A stretch of DNA of 54,672 bases, filler included, from Sphacelaria rigidula (Eukaryota), in assembly GCA_964200075.2 (NCBI GenBank). It is 5 parts of 5 records of this genome, joined end to end, with 100 filler letters (N's around TTAATTAATTAA, not from the genome) between each part and the next. Parts side by side here need not be neighbours in the genome. Positions count along the whole stretch, not along the records: positions 21,911 to 32,764 come from CAXNAA020005787.1; positions 32,865 to 43,718 come from CAXNAA020005788.1; 3 more parts are not named here. One strand, 5' to 3'. Positions 24,672 through 37,900 of the stretch are shown here, piece by piece. How positions within the stretch are numbered: the first letter of the stretch is position 1; the number at the start of each line of letters is the position of its first letter. The notes under the pieces were generated by a model that did no database searches, had not been told where the DNA came from, and saw nothing but the letters and a program-made list of their open reading frames with translations. The position numbers were made by a program, and so were the translations under genes.

Positions 24672-24820
24672 TCGAACTTTGGGTACGCACGACATGGTCG
24701 CTCTCCACTGTTGTTGGGCATGGTGTGAGAATCAATCCGAGATCGCTCAGAGAAATGAACCCACTACCCAACCGTCAGAGAGTTTCGAAGTTACCAACTG
24801 AGCCACCGGAGTGACCGGCT
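24672..24820 (-). mobile_element. tRNA-derived SINE-like repeat, 5' part
   Basis: Reverse complement begins GCCGGTCACTCCGGTGGCTCAGTTGGTAACTTCGAAAC. Confidence 0.7.
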
Positions 24821-24954
24821 ACTTTTTATCAAAATTTTATCGACTCCGATCTGGGCCAAATCGGGGTGTCGCGATTTCAGAACGATTTTTCCGCCGATTT
24901 TGCGAAACGTCAGTGGGAAGCCGAGGTCTCCCCGATTTGAGATATATCTTTTGA

Positions 24955-25153
24955 CCCTTGGACCGCGAGGGTAGTCCATCTGGATCATGCATGGGGTTTT
25001 CAAGTGAAATTTTCACCATTCAACACATGACCTACTCCCGCCGTTCAAGGGTCAACCCTTAGACCGCGAGGTTAGTCTTCTGTTGAATCGGCATCAATTT
25101 CAAGTGAAAAAACATATGCATGATCCAGAAAGACTAATCTCGCGGTCTAAGGC
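24955..25153. mobile_element. Two tandem piggyBac-type MITEs
   Basis: Copies 24955-25051 and 25056-25153 share a TCAA junction; outer flanks TTGA and TTAA. Confidence 0.8.
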
Positions 25154-25558
25154 TTAATACCCAAGCCGAATGGCATTTGTAGGGAAATCGTCGCTATGCT
25201 GTTTCATATGGTGACGGTTACTAATGTGCTATTGACCGCCCTTGCGCTGTTTTTTACAGAATGTTTGGCCAGACATGCACCGCGACCCCCCTATGCTCAC
25301 CGCACAAGCGTATCCTCGTCTCGATTCAGCTGGCTTCCCCATCGCGAGATCGTTACAGCGTCGGCGTCAGCGATTGTGTTATGCGCAAGCTACTGATGCG
25401 AAAATGACCTGGCGAACGGTAACTCCGAGAAATCATGGACGCTTCTCGCGGCACAACTTGCTTTACATACCAAACGGACAGTCATTACCGGTTGTGATCA
25501 CGATGGTCATATATGCTGCATGGCAGATTCGGATATTTCGGAACCTGTCACCTGTTGT

Positions 25559-25761
25559 CCCCTTGACCGCGACGATAGGTTACCTACGGAATCGGCATCA
25601 ATTTCACTTGAAAAATCTGTTTGTGATCCGAATGGACTACCCTCCTCGCGGTCTACGGGATAACCCTTTGACCGCGACGTTAGTCTTCTGTGGACTCGGC
25701 ATCAATTTCAAGTGAAAAAAAATATACATGATCCAGGAAGACTAATCTCGCGGTCTAAGGG
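25559..25761. mobile_element. Two tandem piggyBac-type MITEs
   Basis: Copies ~25559-25659 and 25664-25761, joined by ATAA; same internal GAATCGGCATCAATTTCA core. Confidence 0.75.
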
Positions 25762-27343
25762 TCAAAACCTTTAAACTCTTGCTCATATTAGATAAGAGTG
25801 TAGGATGATATCGCACCCGACTAAAGGTACTATATATTTTCATCACCTGCATGGGATCAGTAACCCGACCACCCTGTCTCCGCTTATTCCAGCCCAGCGG
25901 ATAGTATGGGACAGCGGACACACCGCGTGAAGTAGACATGAAACGATACAACTTCTTCGCGAATGGGGGGGAACACGAGGTCACCACAGGATGTTTCGCC
26001 ATCGGCCGAGTAGTTACCGTTGTCTGCCCAAAGCCTATTGTCCTCGGTCACAGCGCGTCAGTGCAAGTAAGGACGCAGTCTCCATGCCTGTAAAACGAAC
26101 GCCCGGATGTCAACCTTCCACAAGTTGCAACACCTGCCTCGAACAGCGATGGAAAGAAACCTGACTCAATGGTCCATATCTGCGCAGCTCGACAAATGCT
26201 CGGTTTGGGATTCTTAAGCTTGTCCTTGAGCGTGCCTCCCGGGTCGCCGGGAGATCGTCTCCCGCGTGGCAAAGGGGTTGAGGGTCAAGAGGTGAGAATA
26301 CACTGAAAACGATTCGTCTTGCCGTGAGCAGCGCTAGAAGATTTTACCGTTGGCGGCACGATATCTGTGTGGTGCAGTAGGGATAAACATGATGCTGTAC
26401 CCACGACACGTCACGTTTCTGGAACATCGCATTTGTCTCAAATTCCACGCTGAGAAAAACAATCGCGGACGGTATCACCTAAACGATCGAGGCTGTTTGA
26501 CGTGAGCACGACATGACCGAGTCCACTCGAAATGAGCAACTCTGGGGGAATGTCCTCCGAAAGAAGTTCTCCGCGCGTGGTGCCGACCAATTGGTAACAC
26601 AAGACCGCGATGGACTTGGGTTACCTCCCCAACCATTCATACATAAGAAGCCGTCGTTCACATCCTTTTGACGTCCAACCAGGAGCGCCTTGATTATGAT
26701 GATGTATGGCGGCGATATCAAACTCCTACCAGACTGCGTCGGAGTCCTTTAAACACGCCGAAACATCGAGCGTTATTGTGCAATAAGGGGAGATTAGTGC
26801 TGCGCACTTAAGGAGCATGCGCCCACGCATGTTCCAATTTCGGGAGAAATAATGAGACACTCAAATACAGCGCGACGAGTACTCTGCATGCATGTTCATA
26901 CCGACCAAAAAACAACATAGGCAGCTAGTAGCGAGCGACGTCGGATATTATCTACCATTAAGGGCACCATCTATCTATCCCACCCTCTTTTTCCTGCAGA
27001 TGCAGAAACGTATGGGTAAAGGCGGGCTATGGAGACGAAGTCTGAGGAAGAGCGCCGTGCGATACCTTTCAAAGGTCACGACCTACGTCACACGAAAGGG
27101 CTAGGCAAACAATGTACACGACAAGCTGTGGAGGAACTATCCGAGGCAAGATGTACCAAGATGTGTCTGTTGAATATCAGATCACGATCATCCACAACTT
27201 TTCGGTTTGTTGTACGTATGTCATTGCTCGACGTCGGCGTCGGAGAAAAAAATCGGATTTTCATGACGGATTGATACACGCGCGCATGCATGACATGATG
27301 CTACTGCATTATTGCTGTTGCTACGACCAGTGGCATCAATAAG

Positions 27344-28243
27344 GGTTCAGATCTTCGCGCGAAGCCTTGACTGTCATGGAGGATATCATTCTCTGGCATG
27401 CCGGGCCTGGTTCAGAAACCAGCCCCAAACAAGCGCCTCACGGGGGGTTTTCGTAACCCAACGCAAACGTAACTTGCTGTATGCAAAAGATTTACCGCCG
27501 GTATATGAAAGCAGTCAGTCGGCATTATGGCGGTTGTCAGGGGTGACACCTGTTGATGCATACAGAAACGATAGGACACCGACTCGCTTACGCGAGGGCT
27601 GGTTTCAAAAACCACGAACAAATGCACTTTGGCGATGATTTGAGCTCTGGTTCAAATCTCCGCGCGAAGCCTTGACTGTCATGGAGGATCTTGTTCTTCG
27701 GCATGCCGTACCTGGTTTCAGAAACAAGCCCCATACAAGCGCCTCAAGGGGGTTGTTTCGTAACCCAAGACAGACGTAACTTGCTGTGCGCGAAAGAGTT
27801 ACCGTCGGTGTATGAAACCAGTCGGCATCATGGAGGTCGTCAGTGGTGACACACCTGATGATGCGTACAGAAACGATAGGACACCGACTCACTGACGCGA
27901 GGGCTGGTTTCAGAAACCACGAACAAATGCACTATGTATGACGGCTTGAGCTCGGGTTCAAATCTTCGCGCGAAGTCTCGACTGTCATAGAGGATCTCAT
28001 TCCTCGGCATCCCGTACCTGGTGCAGAAACAAGCCCCATACAAGCGCCTGAAGGAGGGGGTTTCGTAACCCAGCACAAACGTCATTTGCTGTGCGCCAAA
28101 GAGTTACCGCCGGTGTACAAAAACAGTCCTTCGGTATCACAGCGGTCGTCAGTGGTGACACACATGTTGACGCGTACAGAAACGATAGCACACCGACTCA
28201 CTTACGCGGAGTCTGGTTTCAGAAACCATGAACAAGTGCACTA
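27344..28243. repeat. ~305-bp tandem repeat x3
   Basis: Units start GGTTCA(G/A)ATCT(T/C)CGCGCGAAG at ~27344, 27649 and 27955. Confidence 0.9.
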
Positions 28244-29739
28244 TCATCAAGGGGAGTGAAATTATGCTAGGCGCAAGCGCGGGCGGTCACGCGTCAGTAT
28301 AGTTTACTCGGCTCATGCCACAACGTGTGAACCATTACGTCAAGCACCTTCGGCGGCACATACGTATATCGTCACCAGTGTCATTTATCGCACTTGTGTC
28401 GGGTATGTTATTCACTGGGTTACAAGACAGACGTCACGTGTGTGCATCCTGTAGGATGTACCGTCGTTGCAGTGCTGCCCCTGTGTTGCACATGTGCAGA
28501 ACCAAAGCACCTGGCTTACCAACTCAGTCACGTGGCGCATCGAAGAACCATATATCGCATGATTGCTTGTTGGATAGTCATGGCATCCCTGGATTGGACC
28601 CTCGGGTGTTGGTACTGCTCTGCTTCACCATCCCCTGCAGTCACCATATCTCATGAGACGATGAGCGGTGAACGCGGCACTCTCATCTGACGCAATATAC
28701 GTCGTGTCCCCCACGTACTCCATGAGTGTCGCCGCCAGCTGCAAACACGATGCATGAGCTCGGCGATTGAGGTTCTAGTCCTGATTGTACAGCAGGCGTC
28801 CATGAGGATGGACATAGTGTCTACCTCACACAACTGAAACTAGCGTTCGGTCTTGAAGGGACTCATCGTGGGCGGTAGCTGTGACCAAACAAAGAACCAA
28901 AACGGATGCGAACCCTGTTGCGTCAGTAGGTATTACATCGAGCAACCCCTGATCACACACATGTTCTGTCGCCTCCTGGAGATAAGAGTGACACCTCGTG
29001 GAAATAAGAGTGACCCGTCTAGGCTCGTGTGTCGGGTGAAGGTTGTTCGCGCACATACATGGAGATCGATCACCGTATTTTCCGGAGGGAAGATGACGAA
29101 CGTGAGGACGTCTTCAACTGGAAGGACATAGCAAACCGCAAAGTCTCCCAGCATGGTACGGATGGGGCAAATCCTGTCTCGCCGGGAACAGCTCAGAGCA
29201 GACTTCAAAAGATGAATCCCCGTGAGAGAAACAAACCTCGCTTCGCGATGGGATCGTGGGGAGTGCATCATGTGTCGATGTAGGGGCGCGCCCGTACTCT
29301 TTCGACGCCATCATCACCATTTGCATCCTCGTAAGTATATTTGAGTTCGAAAGCATCGTGGAAGTTCTATTCCAGTGGTGCTCGCCGTTCCAGCGGTCCG
29401 ACAAGTGGCAAAACGGTTACCGCGATCAGAGTGATTAAATGTAGTGTAGGCGGTGACAGAACGGCACTGTCCATTAGATGCGTTTCCCCAACACCGCAAA
29501 TACGTTTGCCTGCACAGTCTCCCAAAGGGTGACATACAATGAAATGTATAGGATTCACATCTCGGGTCTTCGAAGGAGCGTCACTGTTGACCTCCAATGA
29601 GTGGATGATGTTACGAAACTTCTCGGAAATCGCTGCGGTCGTGGTTTTGGCAACGATTATGTACAGTATCTGGTTTCCGAAACCAGATTGTGGAGAGCAT
29701 GCCGTCCGAGTGCGCCCCCACAACTGTTCATTTGCGTAA

Positions 29740-30150
29740 CTAGAGTGCCTCTGGTCGCAAACGGCCGTGAACGTTACTCTCGAAAGCGCTCTCCGTCGGC
29801 GTCCCGCAAAATTCATCGCAGTGTTTAGGCGAAGATTCAAGCTGTTCTACGGGATATTCAAGTGACCACCTGTCATACGGTTGTCCCCAACACTGAAGCC
29901 GGGATGTGGAAGGCGCTTGTTTCCGATATACGTGAGGAAGGTGACGACGGCGATGGCAGGAAGAGGCGCGAACGTCCGATCGCCCGCAACCTCGACGCCA
30001 ACGACCGCATCCGGAAGGGTGGGTGCGGCTTTGTGACGGCGTATGTTTTCGCCCCGCAGTGAACCATGCCGCAGAAGAGGATGGGTGCCACGAGGCTATC
30101 CTCTTCTCCGTTCAACGGCGATTTGTCAAAACTGTACATCTATTTTCCGG
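29740..30150 (+). pseudogene. Possible decayed PIF/Harbinger transposase N-terminal fragment
   Basis: KFIAVFRRRFKLFYGIFK (29808-29861) resembles the FRRRFR motif of plant-type Harbinger transposases; downstream GRKRRERPIARNL...RIRKGGCGF; several stops and frameshifts. Confidence 0.3.
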
Positions 30151-30871
30151 AGGTGGGGATAGATCCATACTCCGATTGGTTCGGGATGGAAATAGCATGC
30201 TCCCGAAGACCGGTGCTGATGCGACAAAGTGGCGGAGCACGAAAGCAGCTCCGGAGACAGGACGTAAGACTCGGGGCGGATGAGGGCGGCGTTTTTAGTA
30301 GAAACTAATGCTGCAGAACTAAGTACTGTGAAGGCGTGTCCTAACCCTATGTGTCCTGGGACAGCGGCGGAGTTTTTTTGTCCGGGAGGGGGGCGGGGGG
30401 GGGAGAGGGTTGCTTGGAAGCCTTACGCCACAGGACATGCGGTATGATCATATCACCTCCCCTCTATGATTGTGGTTGTCATGGAATCTATGCATACAAA
30501 GCAAAGCTGCTGTGTTTCTCCACTTGGTCTGAAAGAGTCTCCGTGTCGTTTATTTCCTCATGTACATGGGGTGAGCGCCAGTGGTAGCCCTTTCCCATCA
30601 TTTGTGTCCTGATTTTATTGTCCCTTCACATCGTTTGTGTCCCCATCATTGTACTGCAGATACGTGGAGCTTTGCATGGCTCGACAGAGAAATATTCAAA
30701 GTTTAGCATACGATAAGCACGAGCGGCGTCTTCTGCCGTAAACACACTTACTACAATAGCCCCCCCACGCTTGGTATCGTTTTCGCCAGTGTCGCCCACA
30801 TGACACGCGTCTCGTTGTAAGAAATCAGCGACCATGCCCACGTGAGGCGGGTTATGCACTGAGTGAGAGTA

Positions 30872-31276
30872 CCAGCTCTGACGCCGTATATGGCCAATTC
30901 TTCGATGCACTTTTTGGGCTGTTTGTTTTGGGGGGGGGCTATCGTTGAAAGTTTCGGTTGAGGACGCGCCTTGCAGTCCTAAACCAGCTATGACGACCAC
31001 ATGTTCGAGACTGCAGTGTTTCGTGCAATTCTGAATCGGCTCTGACGCCGTATATATGGGCAATTTTTTGATGCACTTTTTGGCCTGTTTTGGGAGGGGG
31101 CTATCGTAGAAAGTGTCGGTTGAGGACGCGCCTTACAGTCCAAACCAGCTATGACGCCCACATGTTCGAAACTGCAGTGTTTCGTGCAATCCTCAACCAG
31201 CTCTGACGCCGTATATGGGCAATTCTTTGATGCACTTTTTGGTCTGTTTTTGGGGGGGGCTATCGTAGAAAGTGTC
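30872..31276. repeat. ~162-165-bp tandem repeat x2.5
   Basis: Units with GCTCTGACGCCGTATAT...GATGCACTTTTTGG...GGGGGCTATCGT at ~30875, 31039 and 31200. Confidence 0.9.
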
Positions 31277-31286
31277 ACCCACACTC

Positions 31287-31419
31287 CTTCTGCGGTATTT
31301 GCCTTTTATTTTTTATCGCGAGAGGGGTTCAGCAGTCCCTTTCCCTCGTCGACCGTTGAGTCAAATTTCGTGTACCCACGACATAGTCGCTCTCCATTGT
31401 TGGGCATGGTGTGAGAAAA
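31287..31419 (-). mobile_element. Internal fragment of the tRNA-derived SINE-like repeat
   Basis: Reverse complement of CACCATGCCCAACAATGGAGAGCGACTATGTCGTGGGTACACG... Confidence 0.7.
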
Positions 31420-31537
31420 GATGCACAGTTTGGTATTTCATTTGATTAGACCTTGTCGGATCAGAGTGCTACGTGGATTTGAAGACGAGCACTGAGTTGC
31501 CGATTACCACGATGCGTCCTAGTAGTAGGCTAGTTTA

Positions 31538-31847
31538 CCGGAGTTGGGCTATAAATAAATGTTTATGGTCGACACATTTTACAAGCATCGCTACCCCTAT
31601 CCCTACCCCCACAACCCTAACCCCAACCCATCGCGAACTGATTCCCTCGGACAAGGGCGGCGTATAACATTCCCTTGGGAAAGTGTGGCCTTTGCAGACC
31701 CCAAATCAGCTTCTGTGGCGCCGGTTTCGACGAAAACTGCGCACACGAGGAGCACACGGGACCGTCCGCCGTACTGGAAATTCGATTCTCGTTGTACACA
31801 CTCTAATCAAGTAATATCAACGATAGACATTTGTAGGCCAACGCTGG
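31538..31847. mobile_element. 310-bp Tourist/Harbinger-like MITE containing telomere-like repeats
   Basis: TTA|CCGGAGTTGGGCTA...TGTAGGCCAACGCTGG|TTA (TTA TSD); internal CCCTA(A/T/C) repeats; homologous to 48880-49177 in the opposite orientation. Confidence 0.7.
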
Positions 31848-32764
31848 TTATCTCTATTGGCACAACTCGCGAGACATCGTCGGTTCGAACGAGCTGAGGG
31901 AAAACGAGCTTCTCAGGTGGCCCAACCGCTACTACATTATGGTGACAGCGGAGAAGGAGGGATGAAGATGGGTGTCATGATGTTCGGGTTAATTGAGCAG
32001 TTTGAAGTACTATCAAGGACGATTCACGCGGGCTCGGCGGGGTGAGCGTGCGTTCAGCCACTTACGCCCAATAGAGTTACGTTCCTGTTTCTACAGTAGT
32101 ATATGCCTAACCGCCAGTACCGTATCCGTTGCTTGAACCAACCATCGATGATGTGACAACCGCCCGTTCGTAACGGAAGAGCCTAGCTTGACCGCATTAA
32201 ACCAGCCCCGAGATCGGAACAGTAAGGTGTTTCACAAACCCCGGTGTCACAAAAGACCGACGCGTTGTGAGTTGTGAGTCCAGTTATTTTGTCAATGCGG
32301 AGAGACTTGGGAATCATTTCTGGGGAGAAAGGTGCGTGGTCGTTGTGGCGACCGTAAACGGCAAATGAGCGGGAAAAGAGCCGAATGTGTGGGCGCGTAG
32401 ACTCCCTGTCACAGTGTAGAGAGCGATGGCCTAGCAGAGGTACGTTCTCGGCCGATCGGTGGCCCAGATAAGGTACGGTTGACGAATAATTCCTTGATCA
32501 GGTATACCTCGGCGAAATGTGGCCAACAAAAGGCAAGCGGGTTTTGGAGGCGAAATGTCCATTTTCGCGTGGCCATATCTCTAGAGTAACATGTTTTTCA
32601 TCCGCTTCTTTTCGAGTCCCGGATGCCAATGGCCCCCCCCGAACGATGTGCGTGAAACCTCCGTAGCGAAAACGGCCAAAATGGCGGGTTTGAACAGCCA
32701 ATCATCTATGTTGAGGATGGTGCTTTTGATTGAGGATGAGAACCCGGAGGATTAAAATCTTCGT

Positions 32765-32864
32765 NNNNNNNNNNNNNNNNNNNNNNNNNNNNNNNNNNNN
32801 NNNNNNNNTTAATTAATTAANNNNNNNNNNNNNNNNNNNNNNNNNNNNNNNNNNNNNNNNNNNN
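32765..32864. other. Artificial contig linker
   Basis: N44-TTAATTAATTAA-N44. Confidence 0.98.
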
Positions 32865-33781
32865 TTCTTTTTTGTTTCCTTTTTCCTTGCCCCCATTGCC
32901 TCCGTGCCTGTGTGGGGAGGAGGGGGGGGGGGGGGGGGGGGGGGGGGATGCTCATTTGTTGCTTGCCTTGGTCAGTTGACCATGGACCATGCATCCCTTT
33001 CGAGACTGACCTCCTAGTAGAGACACCTTCAACATTTCGGCGCTCATGACGTTTCTTCCATGCATTACACAAAACATTTTGACATATTTTATCCCCGTCC
33101 TGTTTCGCCGCGGTTGAGGGGGGGAGGGGGGGAGGGAGACGTCGGACGGATCACTTTCTATAGGATCCGGGTGATACAGCTCAAGTATGAACAGACATGT
33201 GTACCCTATTCGGGTGATACAGTTCAACTAGTTATGGAGCGGTCCTCGTGATCCGGATCTCATCGATCAAGAGGGAGGTATCTTGTACGGGTTATAAGGA
33301 TACACAGGTTCTCCTTGATGCTTCGTGTACACCTGATTCGGATTACATAGGTGTGCCCGAGGAGATCATGTACGGATCACACGGGTTATACAGATCATCA
33401 TCAGACAGTCATGTACGGATCGCATGGGTCATACAAATCATCATCAGACAGACATGTACAGACCGCACGGGTCATACAGGTCAGTCATCACGCCGTGTAA
33501 GCAGAGCAACCGGGTTTATAGGTTACTACACGAGAAATGTATATAGATGAAACGGGTCGCAAAGGTCATTCAGCTGATGATCGAGCAAGCTTGCGGGAGA
33601 TACCCGTGCTTCAACGCCGGCAATGCACACGTCAATTACTCTTCTACGGGATTTTTCGTCATACACCAGCCGAACGTCATAATGAACCAATCGAGCATAT
33701 GGCTGTATTTTTTTTTTCCCGCCGCGCGTGCGTGTACACCCTGAAAATACGAAAATAGCCGTCCATACAGCCGCTAGCACA

Positions 33782-34200
33782 ACTGAATACTGTTTATTGT
33801 CTACTTCATTCGGATGCGCCGACCGTGCACATCTCCAAAAAATATATGCAGCTCTACCGTGGAACCACCTGGAATAAAATATAAGTAATTCATGTTCCAT
33901 ATGCCCGGGTTGCTACAGCCAACATACGGACTTGTGAACATGCACATTGTATCAGGGCCATACGGGTTAGCAGGTGAGGATCACTGAATACTGTTCATTG
34001 TATACTTTATTTGGATGCGCCGACGGTACACATCTTGGGAAGAAATATGCAGCCCTACCGTGGAACCACTCTGAAAAAAATATACGTACTTCATGTTCCG
34101 TATACCCGGATTGCTACAGCCAACGTCCGGACTTGTAAACATGCATTGCACCCGGGCCATACACGTTAACAGATGAGGGAGCTGAATACTGTTTTCTTGC
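33782..34200. repeat. ~200-bp tandem repeat x2, inside a region rich in CGGATC..ACGGG motifs (~33140-34600)
   Basis: (A/G)CTGAATACTGTT at 33782, 33983 and ~34181; shared GGATGCGCCGAC, CTACCGTGGAACCAC and TTGCTACAGCCAAC. Confidence 0.85.
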
Positions 34201-34977
34201 ATACTTGGCCCGGATCTTTCGGGTGCGGGAAAGGGTTTCTTGTACACTGTACTAGATTCGGTTCTCACGGATCAGGGATAGCTTTTGGTGTACCTGAGAT
34301 GCGGATCGCACGGGTGGACGACAATCTACTGCGCTTGCCTGACACGAGTGATATAAATCACAATTATGTGATGTTGTGCAGATGGCACAGGTCTGCAGAT
34401 CAGTTGTGCACGAAAGTGTTCGTGTGAACCGGGTCGTACAGCTCATCGCTCGGCAAACATGTACGGGTCAAACGGGTCCTGCGGATCAGCATCGGAGAAA
34501 CGTGTAGGGGTGACAGGCCACCTCGGGCGGATCATGATCTATGCCCCAAATGAGCTGACCCGGATCTGTCACGAGCTGATCCGTCCGTTTATTGGTCATG
34601 TATCAAGCTATTCGCCTATGGGTACAAAGAATGGCCGCATATCTCAATATTACCCGTGTGCTTTTCTAGAAAATGCAGATGCATAGTTGAGGATCGGCCC
34701 GCTTCTCCCCCTTTACAGGATAACGGGTAGATGCGAGGGTAGTGAAATGCTGCAGGTATAAAATAAAATTCCTCCTATCCCAATCTCAATGGTCATATGA
34801 CTATGTCAAGCAAGATTACGAGTACACCCCCACCCCACCCTCCTCACCCGCCTCCTCCTGTCCCACCTCTGTACCACTGGCGCGAAAGTATACTCTCGAA
34901 CCGCCCTATTTGCTTTACCGCCTCCTGCCGCTTTTTCATGTAAACCCCACGAAACATGGTAAAAAAAGGGTACCCAC

Positions 34978-37900
34978 CACGAGGGATTTCTCCAAGCCGA
35001 GCAGCCGCTGATCCAACCTGCTGAGAATATTAGATATGCCGTCGGATTTCTTGTTTAGATGCCGCAGCAGACGGACCGTGTCGACATGAATGTTCCCCTC
35101 TCCAGGCACCGGAATACATTCCCCTCCTCCGCTCCCCGTAGATGCGGCTGAGTCCGGACCCCCCTCCGGTTTCGGGGTAGCATTCTCCGCACGGCTCGCC
35201 GTAGTCGACGGCGGCGCAGCAGCTTGCAAGGGCTCCGGCACGATTGTGAGAACCTGGACGGGAGAGTTAGGTGCATGAGCTGTTGGTTCAAGTGGACTCG
35301 CCTTTGTGTCGTAGGCAATCCGTTGCTCCTTCTCTGTTACTGGACGCGTCTCCTGGGTCTCTCGTTTGATTTCCCCCTCAGGTGGCGGGTCACGAGAACT
35401 TTGGTCTTTCACCGGACTGGAAGATATCTCCCACGGTCGTCGAACTTTCTTCTGCTCCTCGTGGGCGCCCCGATTATCGTCGGGGAGTGGCCATGCAGCC
35501 TCTTGCTGCACCAATACAATCTCTCCTTTTCTCGTATCATCCCCACCCGCCCTAGGAACTTCTGGACCGCCTTCGACCGAGAACGCGCCCGATAACGGGG
35601 TATTCAGCACGTCGGCCAATACCGCTCGTTCGTCAGGGTCTACTTTGAGGCCTTGATGCTCTCGATAGGTCCGCCGCTTCGTCGCCGTGGATTTTTCTCT
35701 GACGCGCTTCTCTAAAGTGTCCTTTGCGACTTCAGATTTTTCAACGGAGCACTTCTCTGCATCAACGTCTCTGTTCTCCCTCGCTGCCCTGTTTACCGGA
35801 GCCCCCAGTGTCTTTTTCTTTTTACTAGATTCTTCCTTAGATATTTCCTCTTGCTTGGCACGGTACGTCCTTTTCAAATCTGCTATAGTCACCCCTGTGC
35901 CTCGGCTCCTCGCCCACGAGCCTGTCAGCCCTTTGCGTTCTTGGGACTCTTCCACCTCCGTCGCCCCTAGCGCGGCCAACGCGCGTCCAGCCGCCTCGCG
36001 GACAGCAGCAACAGAATCGTGCTTAGCACTTACACAACCCCGGATAACTCTCACACGATTCTCTCCAAGAGATCTCTGCGATCCTGATAGGGCAGGTAAA
36101 ACGGACAGAGAACTGACAAGTTCCAGTGCGGCGGCGCGCTCCCTCCACGTGTACGCCCGGCGGATCGAGCATTCCAAAATTGCTAAAACAGCGCACACGA
36201 TTGCTGGCAAGCCCTTTTTCAGAGATGCGGACAGCCCATCGCACTCATCGGCCGTCGCTATTTCCTCCACCCCAATCGCGGAAAGCTGTTCTCCATGCTT
36301 CGCGCAAGAGTGGGCCATGGCGGCAATCGCATTCAGTAGCGGGGCTCGCGTTCCCTCCGACCGTGACGTGTCGAGGGCTTCTAAAAGTGATGCTAGAATT
36401 TCCTCGCTGTTGACGGTGAGCCTGGCGGCGTGAGCGATGTGGGCACGCTCCGCTTCATCGCAGGAGCTCTATTTTTTTCGGGCACGACACGTACGCAGAC
36501 AAAAATACGTCGCAGGTGGAACACGTAGTTGTAGAAACCAGCAAAAAATTGACGAAAGTCCAGCTATAAGACGGAAATTAAGTTTTTGAGGCAAATAAAC
36601 AAGAGTCTTACATGAAGGGGAACATGAAATCTGGTACAAAATGCGTACCTCAGGAAAGGGAAATATTTTCCAGGTCGCTGGCAGCCCTGCCGAGGTAGCG
36701 GTCATTGCATCATAAAACGCCAAGGCGGCTGCCGCATCCGCCAGCTCGATAACCGCCAGGCCTCCGGGCAACAAAACGCTCTCCTTTGGTACCGCGCTAG
36801 TAATGCCAATGTGCTTCGCAGCCTGCCCGATTGCGAGTCGAAGGTCTTCTATGCTGCGCATATCGGTGTCCACCTCGAGCGACACAGGAGGCGAGCGTGG
36901 AAGTACCGCGGCCGCGCAGCACACACCGGCAGACTCACGTACTGCGGCCCGTTGCTCTCTTACAAGGTCGAGAAAACGCTGGGTTTGCAGCATGCAAGCT
37001 TGGGCGGTGCCGTTCCGCAGCGCTGACAGCACTACGGCGCTAACGCACGCGGCGAGATCGGCACGAAGACTCGCGGAATCGGCGTCTCTAACGCGATCAA
37101 GGGCGTAGGTGATGATTCCGGGGTATGTCTTACTCGCGGCCCTTGGTTGATCCCAGCACAACCATGACAATAGCTTGAGCATGTGCCGGCGCGCCGATAG
37201 CGAGCAAGAGCCCCCTACGCCTCGACTAGCTGATACGACCTGCGCTACTTGAGTCGCGGAAGCCTCGCGCACTATAAGACGGAGTTCACCGTATGCCATG
37301 CTCTGAGTGCTGCTGCTCTCCAGTCGATCCAGAGTTACGAGTAGCTGACGATACCACCGGTGGGCTTTTACTCCTAACCCTTCGTCGCCGCTGGACGCGC
37401 TAACCACAGCACCTTCAGACCTACCCTGCTGCTTCATTGCCCCGCTGGCTGTCCTTATATTTATGCGCGACAACTTGGTGCTTGTTCTAACTTTCACAAC
37501 CCGGGGGTCATCGACATCCCACTTGGCCAGGGACGGATCTTTCTCACGTAGTAGCGAGGGTGGTACTGCCATCACCGGCGTCCCCCCCACCATGCCGGAG
37601 GCAGACGGAGGGGGGATAATCTCACGTCGCCGTTCCGTCGACCCATATACATCTCGCCATCTCGGTTTTGCGTCGTGAATGGATGCGGCGATGCCCCCAG
37701 CACCCGGGTTCTGCTTATTTGAATATTTATTTTGTCGATGATCGCTCGGGGTGGTAGCAGACTGCACTTCCGCCGATGGCTGAAATTTGGGTTCCAGGGG
37801 CTTCAGTTCAAAGGGCTGTTGCCGTTCATGGAATGGGGAGGTAAGGTGGGTAGCCGCCGGGGCTGACTTAGGACGTTGCCCGACAGTACCTCCACGAGCC

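Noticed and set aside
25260..27104. Exon-like segments at ~25260-25418 and 27000-27104 as the missing CDPK EF3/EF4 exons
   Set aside because: They lie on a different contig and contain no EF-hand motif; their coding status is unsupported.
35687..36433. 248-aa plus-strand ORF (likewise 41966-42424)
   Set aside because: Antisense shadows of real minus-strand exons.
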